DNA of 63,051 bases, filler included, from Chrysochromulina tobinii (Eukaryota): assembly GCA_001275005.1 (NCBI GenBank). It is 8 parts of 8 records of this genome, joined end to end, with 100 filler letters (N's around TTAATTAATTAA, not from the genome) between each part and the next. Parts side by side here need not be neighbours in the genome. Positions count along the whole stretch, not along the records: positions 43,919 to 61,177 come from JWZX01000168.1; 7 more parts are not named here. One strand, written 5' to 3'. The number at the start of each line of letters is the position of its first letter. Positions within the stretch are counted from its first letter, which is position 1. Below the pieces are notes generated by a model, which was given only the letters and a program-made list of their open reading frames with translations, had not been told where the DNA came from and searched no databases. Shown in pieces: positions 44,023 through 55,516 of the stretch. Both the position numbers and the translations under genes were made by a program.

Positions 44023-44906
44023 TGACACACATGGGCGCACTCATCAAGGATCCGACGCGGCTCATGGCGGCGGAGGCGGCGACGGCGGCGGCGGCGGCGG
44101 CGACGCGGCTCATGGTGGCAGCGGCAGGGGTGGCGGCGGCAGGGGCGGCGGCGCTGACGCTCCCGCTGACGCTGACGCTGCCGCTCCCAGCTATAACGTG
44201 GGCTCGAGCCGATGGTCCCTCGAGCTTAGACACCACGTGCACGTCGCAGCTCTCGCCGTTACCGCCATCGCCGCCGCCGCCCTCGCCGCCACTGCCCACG
44301 CCGCTGCTTCGCGCGCCCTCGCCGGCCTCTCTCCCTCTTTTCTCTCTTTTCTCTTCTCTCCCTCTTTTCAACCTCCCCAGCAAGCCAAGGGCGAGCACTT
44401 CAATCCGGACAAGACGTGACGCTCAAGATCAACACGCAGCGCAGACTGTACGTCGCATGGCTCCCGCAAGCCCTCGTCAACCTCCTCATCGCGATGCCCG
44501 CACCCAAGAAGTTCCCTGCCCACGTTGGCACCGACGCAACATTTCTCTTCCTCGCATGGATCCCTTTTGCCAGAGGTGACACACATGGGCGCACTCATCA
44601 AGGATCCGACGCGGCTCATGGCGGCAGAGGCGGCGATGGCGGCGGCGGCGGCGGCGACGCGGCTCATGGTGGCAGCGGCAGGGGCGGCGGCGGCGGCGGC
44701 GCTGACGCTCCCGCTGACGCTGACGCTGCCGCTCCCAGCTATAAAGTGGGCTCTGACGCTGCCGCTCCCAGCTATAAAGTGGGCTCGAGCCGATGGTCCC
44801 TCGAGCTTAGACCCACCACGTCGACGCTCTCGCCGTTACCGCCATCGCCGCCGCCGCCCTCGCCGCCACTGCCCACGCCGCTGCTTCGCGCGCCCTCGCC
44901 GGCCTC
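44023..44906 (+). repeat. ~300-bp near-identical direct repeat (44023-44328 and 44577-44906)
   Basis: tgacacacatgggcgcactcatcaaggatcc...cgccggcctc present twice, with small internal indels. Confidence 0.85.
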
Positions 44907-45756
44907 GCCGCCTCCGCCCTCAAGTGCTCTGCGCAGGGTTTTGTTTTGTGCATGCATTTGCGTATGTTTGCATATGTTTGTGGCATGCCCCTCTCGATGG
45001 GCTTGCGGCGCGCGTATTTTTGTGTCGTGATGAGGCGTTCCCGCAGGTCCCGACGCCGACGACGCCGACTTTGCCTCCGTGCCTCCATCCCGCGCCCGTG
45101 CACCGGCGCCTCCCTGCCGCTGCCGCTGCTCCCACCGGCAGCGCCCGGCACCGGCACTGCCACCGCTGCCGCTGCCGCTGCCGCCGCCGATGATGCCACC
45201 GCCGCCGACGACGGTGCGGCGCACGACCGCCGCGCACCACGTTTGGACGCCGGAACGCGAGCAGACGCTGCGCGCGGCGCTCCGCACGGCGCCCTGCGCA
45301 TCTCGCGCCGGCCGCCGCGTGCTTGACGACGAGTGGCAGTTCCACATCGCCCGCGCCCTCGCGGCCGCCGAGCCGCCCTCGTCGGGCTGGGCGCCCACGG
45401 GCGACGCCGTGAAGCAGCACTACCAGAAGCGGCTGCCCTTGACGGACGCCGTGAAGCAGCACTACCAGAAGCGGCTGCCCTTGACGGACGACACTCGAGC
45501 GGGGCTGCCGGATCGGGCTACGGGCAGTTCATATCCCTTCCTTGCATCAGAATCACTTCGACGTGCTCCTGGGGGCAGCCCGGCTACCAATCCCGCACCA
45601 TCAAAATCCCCCCCCTTGCCCCCCCCTTCCCCCTTGCATGCGTTTTCTTTGGTTCACATGAGTTTCCTTCAAGTTTCCTTCTTCACGGCACGGGCGCTCT
45701 CGCGTCCCCGTCAGCGAGTGGGGCGACCTTCGCGATTGTGCGGCCCTCCGCGGCAG

Positions 45757-46381
45757 ATGACATCGCCGCTCTCACACCTTGGCCTCACCGGAACGGCCAG
45801 TCTAGCCGAGGAACTGGACAGTGCGTGCGCTCCCGCTGAGTCCGGCCTGCGCGCGCGATCGCCGGAGAGCGCTCATGACCGTTTGGGTGCTGCGCGTCCT
45901 CTCTCAGAGCGCATGCTCGTGCAGCTGCGTGACGGGCGCAAGATCATTGGTCTGCTGCGCTCGTTCGATCAATTCGCCAACGTTGTGCTCGAGGAGGCTG
46001 TGGAGCGCATCATCTACGAAAAGCAGTTTGCAGACGTGCCGCTGGGGCTCTATGTGATCCGCGGCGAGAACGTCGTGCTCTTGGGCGAGATGGTGCGCGC
46101 ACCCGCGGGCCCCGCACGATTGCCTCGCGTGCGCATGCACAGCGCGGACTGCGCGCGCGCGCGCGAATCGCAATCACCCCTTCGACCCTCAGCGTCGAGC
46201 GTCGCCCCGGCTGCGGCAGGACGAGACCAAGGATGCACACACGACGAGCAAGCTGCTGACCGCAGCGCCCGTCGAGGAGCTGCTGTCCCTGAAGCGCGAG
46301 GCGGAGGAAGCGCAGCGGCTCAAGGCGGGCCTCTCGCGCGTAGCCCGATCGGGCATGCAGGATGCCTGGGACCTCGACTGA
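45757..46381 (+). CDS. LSM1: Sm-like protein LSm1; exons 45757-45820, 45908-46092, 46220-46381
   Basis: TASLAEELDKRMLVQLRDGRKIIGLLRSFDQFANVVL..ERI...GLYVIRGENVVLLGE; two ordinary non-repetitive GT-AG introns. Confidence 0.93.
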
Positions 46382-47267
46382 GTAGTACTCGGCCATGCGG
46401 TAGGTCGCTCTCGGCGCGCGGCCGACACCGAGCGTCCGTTGTGTGTGTACTGCGCGTACTCGCGGTGTACAGTGCACGGTGGTAACGCACGCCCCGAAAT
46501 GGTTGGCGCCTCGCGTCCGCGTTTTCTCAAGGACACGCAACGACCACTAGCGGAGTTACACACCACTCAATTCGACACCACGTTCACTTCGCCCGGACCC
46601 CGCGATCGAGCGCCGGCGGACAGACAAAGACGGGTGTAGACCGGACCGGCGCCGACCCCGGTGACTCGCACACACCCCCATACACATCAGCTGTGTCGGC
46701 ACACACGTCCGTTGCGGAGAGTCACGGGGCAACTGCCGTAGCCCACGAATGAACACCCCCCCACCTCCCCGATCCGCCGACTGCGCGAAACCACGTCGGG
46801 GGCGGCCGTCCTCCACAAGGGCCCTGACCCTCGGTACCTCGGACCCTCCACCGGGGGCCACCCCAAGGTGCCCCCCTCTCGAGTATACCGGGGGCCACCC
46901 CCAAGGTGACCCGCGCGCCGTCCCGGGCATCGGCAGCGCCGTACTGGGCACTCATCACTGCGCAATCAAGGTGACCAGCGCGCCGCACAACCTCCACATT
47001 CATTCTTCTGCAATCTCCTCTGATCGCTGATGCTGCAGCTCCAGCCTCTCCAGCTGCTCCAGCTGCTCCAAACCGGGCTGCAGCAGCTGCTGCTACTGCT
47101 GCTCCAGCTGCTCCAGCTGCTACTGCTGCTCCAGCGGCTCCAGCGGCTCCAAAGCCGGGCCGGCGAAAGCCTCGCGACCGAACACTCGCGGCGTAACCAC
47201 CGCCCTCGTGTACGTCGCTCTGAAAGGCCAATCTCCCCGTATCTCCTCGGCCCGCCCCGGAACTCCT

Positions 47268-50200
47268 TCACTCTTCTGCCTTCTTCGTCTTCTTGGGGCC
47301 CTTGCTCGGCTTCTTGACCTTCGTACGCTCCGAGACGTCGACCTTCGTCTCAAACATGATCTCGACGCCGTGTTGGGCGAGCACCTCCGGATCAATCTTC
47401 TGGAGCATCTGACGAACCCCGGTTCGCACGATCGGCTCCGGATCGTCGAGCTTTGCGACGAGGACGGACGCGTGCTGCACGAGCGTCGCTGCATCGAGCT
47501 TGCCGAGCGCCGTCACGATCGCTTTTCTGACTTTCACGCTCGTGTCCTTGAGCGCGACGACGAGGACGGCGGCGTGCTGCGCGAGCGCCCCTTTATCCAG
47601 CTTCGCCAGCGTCGACACCACATCCACTCGCACATCCTGATGAGGGAGGCAATCAGAGGTCATCAGAGGTCATCAGAGGTCATCAGAGGTCATCCGTGGT
47701 CATCAGGCGCACCTGGTCCGAATTGCTGAGCTTCTTGACGAGGTCGGCGCCGTGCTGGGCGAGCGTCGCCGCATCAAGGGATGCCAGCGTCTCCTTGACC
47801 TTCCTGCGCACATCCGCGTCCGAGTGCTCGAGCTTGGCGACGAGGAGGGCGGCGTGCTGCGCGAGCACCGACCCATCCAGCCTCCCCAGCGTCGCTGCCA
47901 CCGCAGTGCGCACGTTCGCGTCCGGGTGCTCGAGTTTGGCGACCAGGGCAACGCCGTGCGGCGCGAGCGCCACCGTCTCGAGCTTCTTGAGGATCTCGAC
48001 CGACTCATCGCGCTTCCTCTTGTCCTCATGCTCGAGTCCCTTGAGGGCTTCCACCACCCTGGGCACGTATGCCTTCGGTTCAAAGCCGCAACGCCCCACC
48101 TCCTCCGCCGACATATGCGCGAGCGACTCGGCCCGTCGCTGCCCGCCCAGCCCATACTGCCGTCGCGCTTGGAGCATCCCCTGCAGCGCCTCCGCGAGCA
48201 TCAGTCATCAGTCATCAGTCATCAGTCATCAGTCATCAGTCATCAGTCATCACCTGCAGCGCCTCCGCGAGCCGCTCGTCGCCATTGTACCACTCGGACG
48301 GGTGCCCAAGCTCGTCCTCCTCCACGTCCTTGCGAAACTCGCCCAAAACCCTCTCCGTCCCGTACGCTGTGGCCAGGCCCTCCGTGCGCAGCGCCTGGCG
48401 CACCTCCGCCTCGAGCCCAAACACCTGATGAGGGAGGCAATCAGCGGTCATCAGCGGTCATCAGCGGTCATCAGAGGTCATCAGAGGTCATCAGAGGTCA
48501 TCAGAGGTCATCAGCCCAAATACCATGTCCTGCAGCATCTTCTTGCGCTTGCCGATCACTTGCTCGATGGTGAGCGACGTCAGGTTGACGCTCAGCTTCA
48601 CCTCGACGATGAGCACCGGGCCCTCGACGCGCGAGCCGCGCACCTCGAGCCCCGTGAGCGGGTTGAAGAGGATCTCCTTTTCGAAGGGGTACTGCGAGAG
48701 GAACGAGATGTCCGCACCTGATGACGGGGGCAATCAGACGTCATCAGAGTGATGAGGGAGGCAATTAAGGAGAGGAACGAGATGTCCGCACCGCGGTCGA
48801 TCATGCCCTGCTGGATCTCGAAGATGATGGGGGCCGTCTTCCCGCTCTGCGCGTAGTTGATCGCGGTCTCGCGGTCGAGCGTCGTCGACATGAAGGCGCC
48901 GTCGATGCCGCCGCGCACGTTGTAACGGTTGGGCGTCCAGAACTTATCGGGCAGAGTGAAATCATGCACGCCGCGGTACACGGTCGACGCGACGGTCAGC
49001 TTGCTCAGCTTGACGATCGCCGAGTTGAGCGCGTGCAGCGTGGTCGTGTACTTGTTGACGCGCCGCATGGCCGACTCGAACGCGGTGCGCGTGTACTCGC
49101 GCAGCGCCGCCTGATGAGGGACGCAATCAGGTGGCCATCAGCATGCAATCCGGTGGCAATCAGGGTCTCCTCCGCCGCCTGATGAGGGACGCGATGAGAG
49201 GCACTCAGAGGCACTCAGAAGGCACTCAACAGGCACTCAGAAGGCACTGAAGAGGCACTCAGAGGCACTCAGAGGCACTCAGAGGGCCCTCAGAAGGCAC
49301 TCAGAGGGCACTCAGAAGGCACTCAGAGGGCACTCAGAGGCACTCAACAGGCCCTCAGAAGGCACTCAGAAGGCCCTCAAGAGGCACTCAAGAGGGCAGC
49401 CACCTCGTCCTCCGCCGTCGGGTTACGCTCATCAAACGTGGGCTCCTCCTTGAGCCGTTTGGCCTTGGCGGCCTCGGCCGCGGCATTGTGCGCCACCGCG
49501 TCCTCCGAGGAGCAGCAGAGGCGCACCAGCTCGCAGCGGAGCCACAGCACCGGCCCGTCGAGTCCACGCAGCACCGTATTGTACTTGGTGAAGAGCGGCC
49601 CCGTGTACAGCCGCGCAGCAAACGCCTCCTCGATCGTGAGCGCGGGCTCGCCCTGCTGCTGGAGCTTCAACGACGTGGCCGCTACCTTGAAGCGGAGGAC
49701 CCCTTCGGGCATCGGCTCGCGACGGTTCTTGTGACGCTCATTTGCGACAATCTGGACCACGTCGCGAAGGCTCGTGACTCGGCCGCCCGGGTGCTTCGCG
49801 GCCAGCACGAGCTTCGCCTCGAGAGGCCACGCGTCGGGCGATCGACTCGACGGCTCCGCTACAAACTTCCACTCGGTCTCCGACGTGGTCGTGACGACGT
49901 AATTCTTGGTCGTGAACTCGAGGCGTGAATCGGGCTGCTGGGTGTGCTCCGTGGCCATGGCCTCGCGCACGCGCGGCAGCGGCGCACCCACCATCGCCTC
50001 GAGCCCGCCAAAGAACGTGTTCAGGTCTCCGTAGCTGAGCAGCCCGGCGCCCTCTTGCAAGAACTTGGCCTGCAGCTGCTTGGGCGTGGCCGCGGCGCCC
50101 GACGCGAGCTCCCGGAGTGCGGGCTCGAGCTTCTCGACGAGCACATCGACCGCCGCGTTGAGGCGCTCCCTGAGCACCTTCGCAAGGTCGGCCGACTTTG

Positions 50201-50753
50201 CGAGCGACCGCAGGGATCCGAGCTCATTCTTGCAGCCCGGTTCGATGAGACGCGCCGCGAGCAACTCCGGGAGGTTGAAATTGCTGAGGAACTTGGCGGC
50301 AGTCCACGACTCGGTCACCGGCGACAAAGATTCGTCTGGGTCCGCGTTCAGCACGGGCGCAACCGTCTCATCCCCGGCCTTGCCCCATGCCCCACCCCTC
50401 ATACGCATCCGCGCCGTGCGGCCGCGCTGCACCTTTTGCACACGCTTGACGGCCTCCGTCTTCCGCTCCTCGTCTGCGCGCGACAATGCCGCGGGGGGCG
50501 GCTGCGGGATGACGCGATTCGTCATCACGAACGCCAAGTATGTGGGTACTTCGTCTCCGTCTCCGTTGCTCTCCTCGTCTGCCTTCGCGGAGTGCGGAGT
50601 CGATGGAGTCGACGGGTTCGAGGACCGCCCCGAGTCCTTCGGGCGCCTGTGCGAGGCCGAGCCGGGCGTCCGCATGCGCGCTGAACCCTGCCCGCGCTTT
50701 GAAACCTGCGGGCTGCCGCCGACGGACTCGGGAACTGTGGGGAGCGTCTTCAT
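47268..50753 (-). CDS. Mono-ADP-ribosyltransferase (R-S-E clade) with IQ motif and C-terminal HEAT repeats, ~956 aa; exons 50753-49404, 49110-48792, 48717-48524, 48424-48254, 48180-47713, 47636-47268
   Basis: RLYTGPLF.KYN..LR; VYRG; FMSTT; SQYPFEKEILF; HEAT units H...LVAKLEH.DA.VR...TL..LD. All five GT-AG introns keep the frame. Confidence 0.85.
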
Positions 50754-51080
50754 GTGACTTTCGCCGCACCCGCGCGTTTCGGCGAGGACTTTTCCATACA
50801 AGTTTCGAACTTGCAAACGCCGAAATCGCGAGTTTGGGCGCGTCAAGGGGACGGAGCGCCAGTCAGTCACGCGGCCACTCGCGGCTGCCTATTGCGAGAA
50901 ACTCAAACTCATTCATAGACTTTTCATAGATGGCATTGCGACGACGATTCGCGACACCCACGAGCACATCGTGAGCTCGAAACTGGATCGACCACCGATC
51001 CGACCACCGCAACAAAAAGGTGCCCCCACATAGTGGGCCCTTGTCGGACAGTACCCTTTGTTTGAGTCTGTTCTGTAGCA

Positions 51081-51962
51081 ATGGCCGACTTTGCTGCCCT
51101 CTTCGACCGCAAGCGAAAGCTCGAGGCCGAGCCGATGCCTGCAGGAGCCAAGGCGCCGAAGCGGCAATCAACCGAGGGGCAGGCCTCGCCTGAGCCAGGA
51201 AAGAAGAAGAAGAAGAAGAAGAAGAAGAATGAGCACCAGCCAGACGCACAGCACGCAGGCCCACGGCCAAAGGTGACGGATGCATCGTCCTCGTCTGCCA
51301 AGGGCGACCGGCGCCAGCAACGCATGGCCGCACAGCTAGCCGGAGCAAGCTTTCGGTACATCAACGAGACGCTCTACACACGTCCGTCAGAAGAGGCGGT
51401 CGAACTCTTCCGTGATGAACCACGCCTATATGAGGCGTACCATGAGGGCTTTCGGCTGCAAGCGGCGCGCTGGCCGCAGCGCCCTGTGCAGTTGATCGCC
51501 GAGTGGCTCAAGGCCACGCAGCCGCGAACGTCTGTGGTGGCTGATCTGGGGTGCGGAGATGCGGAGCTCGCGACGAGCGTGCCGCAGCGCGTGCACTCAT
51601 TTGACCTTGTGGCATCCAACGAGCGCGTGACCGCGTGCGACATCGCGCACGTGCCGCTGGGCGCGCAGACGGTCCACGTGGCCGTCTTCTGCCTCGCGCT
51701 CATGGGCTCCAACTTCGTCGACTTTTTGGGCGAGGCGCACCGGCTGCTCAAGCCGCACGGCATCCTGAAAATCGCCGAGGTCTCATCTCGCATCACCGAC
51801 GCCGAGGGATGGGACCGGCTGCTGCACGCGCTCGGCTTCGACGAGGTCGCGCGGGACAGCTCCAACACGCACTTCGTGCTCTTCGACTACGTCAAGAGCG
51901 ACCGGCCTTCGGCGTCGTTGCCGGCAGTGGCACTGAAGCCGTGCGTGTACAAGAAGCGCTAG
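51081..51962 (+). CDS. RRP8: 25S rRNA m1A methyltransferase RRP8
   Basis: FRYINETLYT, YHEGFR.Q...WP..PV, VADLGCGDA, VHSFDL, FCLALMG.N, IAEV.SR, LKPCVYKKR. Confidence 0.95.
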   Translation: MADFAALFDRKRKLEAEPMPAGAKAPKRQSTEGQASPEPGKKKKKKKKKNEHQPDAQHAGPRPKVTDASSSSAKGDRRQQRMAAQLAGASFRYINETLYTRPSEEAVELFRDEPRLYEAYHEGFRLQAARWPQRPVQLIAEWLKATQPRTSVVADLGCGDAELATSVPQRVHSFDLVASNERVTACDIAHVPLGAQTVHVAVFCLALMGSNFVDFLGEAHRLLKPHGILKIAEVSSRITDAEGWDRLLHALGFDEVARDSSNTHFVLFDYVKSDRPSASLPAVALKPCVYKKR

Positions 51963-52090
51963 AAGGGGTCTCGGGTATTAGGGCGCCGGTCAACGACTCT
52001 TTACCTAATTTGGCACGTGTGTAAAAACTCCTTCTTGACAACCTCGACTCTCGACAACACAACTCTCGAGCCTCCGCGCGGACTGGCTTG

Positions 52091-52993
52091 ATGGACGGAT
52101 CCGTGCGTGCTCTCGATGAGCAGTCAGGTTCCGAGTGGCCGCATGAATTCAAGGTTTCAGCCGCGGCTATGCCTCCGCTGTTGCGAAGCGTGCTCGTCGA
52201 CAACATCAAGCCAGACACGGTGTCAGTGCAATCCTTGTTGGAGGTGCTCGGCCGTGCGTCTCCGCACCACCTGAATATGGCTTTCGAGGCCCCCGTGCTT
52301 CATGTGCCCGCGGCGCTCTCGGCTAAGGCGTGCGCGACGCTCCGTGCGGCAGTGGACTCGGAGCGAACAATCGCCCGGGATTCAGTCGATGGAGGCCCAG
52401 AGCACCAGCTCAACCTCAGCCGCGAGGCGCTTGAGCTGCTGATAGGACGAGATCAGTGCTCTCGCATTTGGCAGCTGCCCAAACGCTTTCGAATGAGCAC
52501 CGCCGTCGTTCCAGTCGCGGTTCCGGCCGCTACAGACACGGGCGATGCTGCAAGCGAAGCACGGGCCGCGGAAGCTGAAGCCAAGGGCACTGCGGCCGTT
52601 GAGGCGGAGCTCGAGGCGATTGCAGAGCTGAAGGAATGTTTTGTCCGGCGCTACTCCGCGGGGACGCGCCCCTGGATCCCATTCCATACGGACGCCTACG
52701 AGGTCACTGTGAATGTTGCGCTGGGATCGGACGACGCTTTCGGCGGCGGTGCGCTGCTCGGCGTCTACGGCGGCGAGGTTCGTGCCATCTGCAGAGAGGA
52801 GGGCGACGCGACCGTCCACTCGTCCAAGCTGCTTCATGGCGTGACGGCGATGGCTCGAGGCGTGCGCTACTCTCTAATTGTCTTTTTCGATCGCAAGGGC
52901 CAGGCGAGCGGTCGGTGGGCGGCCAAGCGCGACGCCGCGCCGTCGCCGAACAACGGTGACAGCACGTTGCCGTCGGCGGGTTACTCACTGTAA
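52091..52993 (+). CDS. 2OG-Fe(II) oxygenase (lysyl-hydroxylase-like domain)
   Basis: FVRRY, FHTD..VTVNVAL..F.GG.L, LLHGV....G.RYSL..F. Confidence 0.85.
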   Translation: MDGSVRALDEQSGSEWPHEFKVSAAAMPPLLRSVLVDNIKPDTVSVQSLLEVLGRASPHHLNMAFEAPVLHVPAALSAKACATLRAAVDSERTIARDSVDGGPEHQLNLSREALELLIGRDQCSRIWQLPKRFRMSTAVVPVAVPAATDTGDAASEARAAEAEAKGTAAVEAELEAIAELKECFVRRYSAGTRPWIPFHTDAYEVTVNVALGSDDAFGGGALLGVYGGEVRAICREEGDATVHSSKLLHGVTAMARGVRYSLIVFFDRKGQASGRWAAKRDAAPSPNNGDSTLPSAGYSL

Positions 52994-53104
52994 TCATCGT
53001 GGCTGGGTGACACCAACCCATACCTGTAGGAAAGGAAAGAGACAGGCGTATAGGAAAGGAAAGTTGTCAGGACGAGTTCCGTGTATCGCGTATGACTAAG
53101 TACT

Positions 53105-54343
53105 CTACTTACAAGAAACGCCCCAACCAAAGCTTCCTTTGGGTACCACCTTGATGTTCAGCTTCGAGCAATCCACGGGGCACGTCGACCAGTTCGTGTA
53201 CAGAACATGCAACTGCTCGGCAGGGAAATAGCGCAAACCGCCAGCGCTCTCTACGCAGGCCGAAAACCAACCGTTCTTGTTGTCCAACGCCTGGTATTCT
53301 GCTAATATGCGAGAGAACGAGGAGAAGGCCAGGCCAACAAACCACTTCGCGCGCCGGCAGATGCTGAAGTCGACCAGCGACGCGAACAAGTATGTCACGT
53401 TGATGCCGAGCTGGAATGAGACCGAGTCAAATCCGGTCTTGAACGGTGATTGCACCCATCGAACTTGCGCAGACGCGTTGTGCGCCTCGTTCGGATCTGT
53501 CGCCGCCACGTCAAGCCAGGAACTGCTGCTCAGGTACACGGTGGGCCTGCGACGATTATGTTCAAGACCTTCCGTGCCATGGACGCCGTGCTGGTGACGA
53601 TGTGAGGCATTGGCGGCGAAGGAGTGAAGGCCACCGACGACGGCCTCGTGGCCGTGCAGGTCCGTCGAAAATGGGGAGTCATTTACGCTGCCACGACCTT
53701 GCGTGTCTGTAGCGATTGAGCGAGCCCACTTGAGGTATTGTACCAGCGTGGGCAGCTCAGTTTGAGGCCCAGCTGCATGCTTGATATCGGACTCGACTCG
53801 GGCGTGGACGCAACCATAGTCGGAGCCCTTGAGCTGTGCCGACGTCATCAACTGGTGCACGATCCGTTCCATTGAGTCACTTAGCTGCAGCGATTTGTAC
53901 ATCTGCGTGCTGATAGCTTGCCAGTGGCGCAACAGATCTCGTGTCTGAAACGGCGTTGCCAGGCTCATGCTCCCATCGTTTTGCAGAGCGTGCGCAAGCT
54001 TGTAGCGGAACATCTTCTTGTTCATCATCCAGCCCGTGATTCTGGCGCTGCCCGATGAAACGTTTCCACGGAGATGAGCACACTCACGAATGTGCACACA
54101 TCTAACACCAACCTGTCGCATTCCTGCAATAAACACGCTCGAGTTGAACAGGTCTTCAAATGGAATTCTTTGCGTTGAGCCTCTTTTGTGAACCGTGGAC
54201 GTGAACGCAGGCAGGCAGAGCGTGTAATTCTTCACATGCGCCTGAAGCAGATTTCCGAGGAGACCCCACATCTGATTGCCAAGCCCTGTCTCAATCTGGC
54301 CAGCACTGGCGCTGCCAGGGTTGTACAATGTGCCAACTTCCAT
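53105..54343 (-). CDS. O-fucosyltransferase-like protein (GT-B fold)
   Basis: GLGNQ, VHARVESD, VDFSIC..A..FVG...SSFS. Confidence 0.75.
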   Translation of the reverse strand: MEVGTLYNPGSASAGQIETGLGNQMWGLLGNLLQAHVKNYTLCLPAFTSTVHKRGSTQRIPFEDLFNSSVFIAGMRQVGVRCVHIRECAHLRGNVSSGSARITGWMMNKKMFRYKLAHALQNDGSMSLATPFQTRDLLRHWQAISTQMYKSLQLSDSMERIVHQLMTSAQLKGSDYGCVHARVESDIKHAAGPQTELPTLVQYLKWARSIATDTQGRGSVNDSPFSTDLHGHEAVVGGLHSFAANASHRHQHGVHGTEGLEHNRRRPTVYLSSSSWLDVAATDPNEAHNASAQVRWVQSPFKTGFDSVSFQLGINVTYLFASLVDFSICRRAKWFVGLAFSSFSRILAEYQALDNKNGWFSACVESAGGLRYFPAEQLHVLYTNWSTCPVDCSKLNIKVVPKGSFGWGVSCK

Positions 54344-54572
54344 GTCCCTTCCATGCGACGCGCTGGGGAGGTTGTGCGGCGTGCGAGGGCTTCGGCGTGT
54401 GGTGTGCTCTCATGCTCCCTGTGGACGCTCGGGGTGCGCGCATACAAGTCGACGTTGATGGCCCGCATAATCAGAGCGCGCGATGGACGTCTGCTGCTGA
54501 TTGGCTTTCTTCGGTTTCTTCATAGCCGAAGGTTATCTTCACAAGAAAGTTTCGCGCGTCCTCAGCGAATCG

Positions 54573-55142
54573 ATGTTGGAAGACGCGACGCTCGAGGGGC
54601 AGCTCACCGCGCGACTTACCCCGGGCGTGAAGTATCATGTCGCGCGTGGCGACTCCTTGGTGGAATCTGGCGGGCCATCATACCACACGCTTCGCTACGC
54701 GTTCAAGCCGGACAGTGTCTCTCACGCGACGAATGGGTCCATTCACTTGGGAACGAGCGGCGCAGTCAAAATGCATGTCCAGACAGGAGGAGCACGCGCC
54801 GTGCGCTTTGAAGGCAACGTGGAGCCTCACAAACTCACCGAGTTTGTGCTGCTGCGCGATTCGGACGGAAGCCTACGATTGGAGCGCCTCTCGCAGAATG
54901 TTAAGAACCTCAAGGTGGTGCGGGATGCTGCAAAGGCAACTGCACCCGAGCTTACACCCGAGGCTGTGGCGCAGCTCAAGGCGCGAGCGGCGCGCGGTGC
55001 ACGCGTGACTCAAGCGCCACGAGTCACGCCCGCTAAACGAGCTGCTGCGGTCGCCGTGGAAGCTGCGCCTGAGCAGTCGAGCGACGATGACAATGTCGAC
55101 ACAGCACAACTGTTTGGCGACGAGGACGAGGTTGTGAGCTAA
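54573..55142 (+). CDS. ELL-associated factor (EAF) domain protein
   Basis: YHTLRYAFKPDSV, FEG......EFVL, LRLERL, acidic tail. Confidence 0.8.
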   Translation: MLEDATLEGQLTARLTPGVKYHVARGDSLVESGGPSYHTLRYAFKPDSVSHATNGSIHLGTSGAVKMHVQTGGARAVRFEGNVEPHKLTEFVLLRDSDGSLRLERLSQNVKNLKVVRDAAKATAPELTPEAVAQLKARAARGARVTQAPRVTPAKRAAAVAVEAAPEQSSDDDNVDTAQLFGDEDEVVS

Positions 55143-55516
55143 CGGCTCGGGCGTGCCCGCATTCCGCAGAGGCCCGGGAACAGTGTCCACGTGTACTTAC
55201 ATTCTTTGCTGTGGAAAATGAAGAAATCAGGATGTCACGCGTCGCCTGGTTCCGAAAAAGCGGGTAATCTTTTAACGACAGTAAAGCGGCGGCTGGCTCG
55301 GCTCCTCTGTGTCGCGTCGTGTGCGCCGGGCGCGCGGCGCGTAATTAGCGGCGAGCGCGCGCGCGCGCTCTGACGCACCATCGTTACACAGACGGGGCCT
55401 TGGAGGGAAGGTCCGCCCAATCCGGAAGTCCAAATCCGGACGTCAATCGTGTGTGCTAGGTATGGGTCCACGCGGTCCCCCAATGCAACCCTTTCTACAA
55501 TCCTTGCATTGGCATC

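Noticed and set aside
45079..46485. 468-aa ORF as a long LSm fusion
   Set aside because: It is read-through of upstream sequence and in-frame introns; the three-exon LSm1 model explains it.
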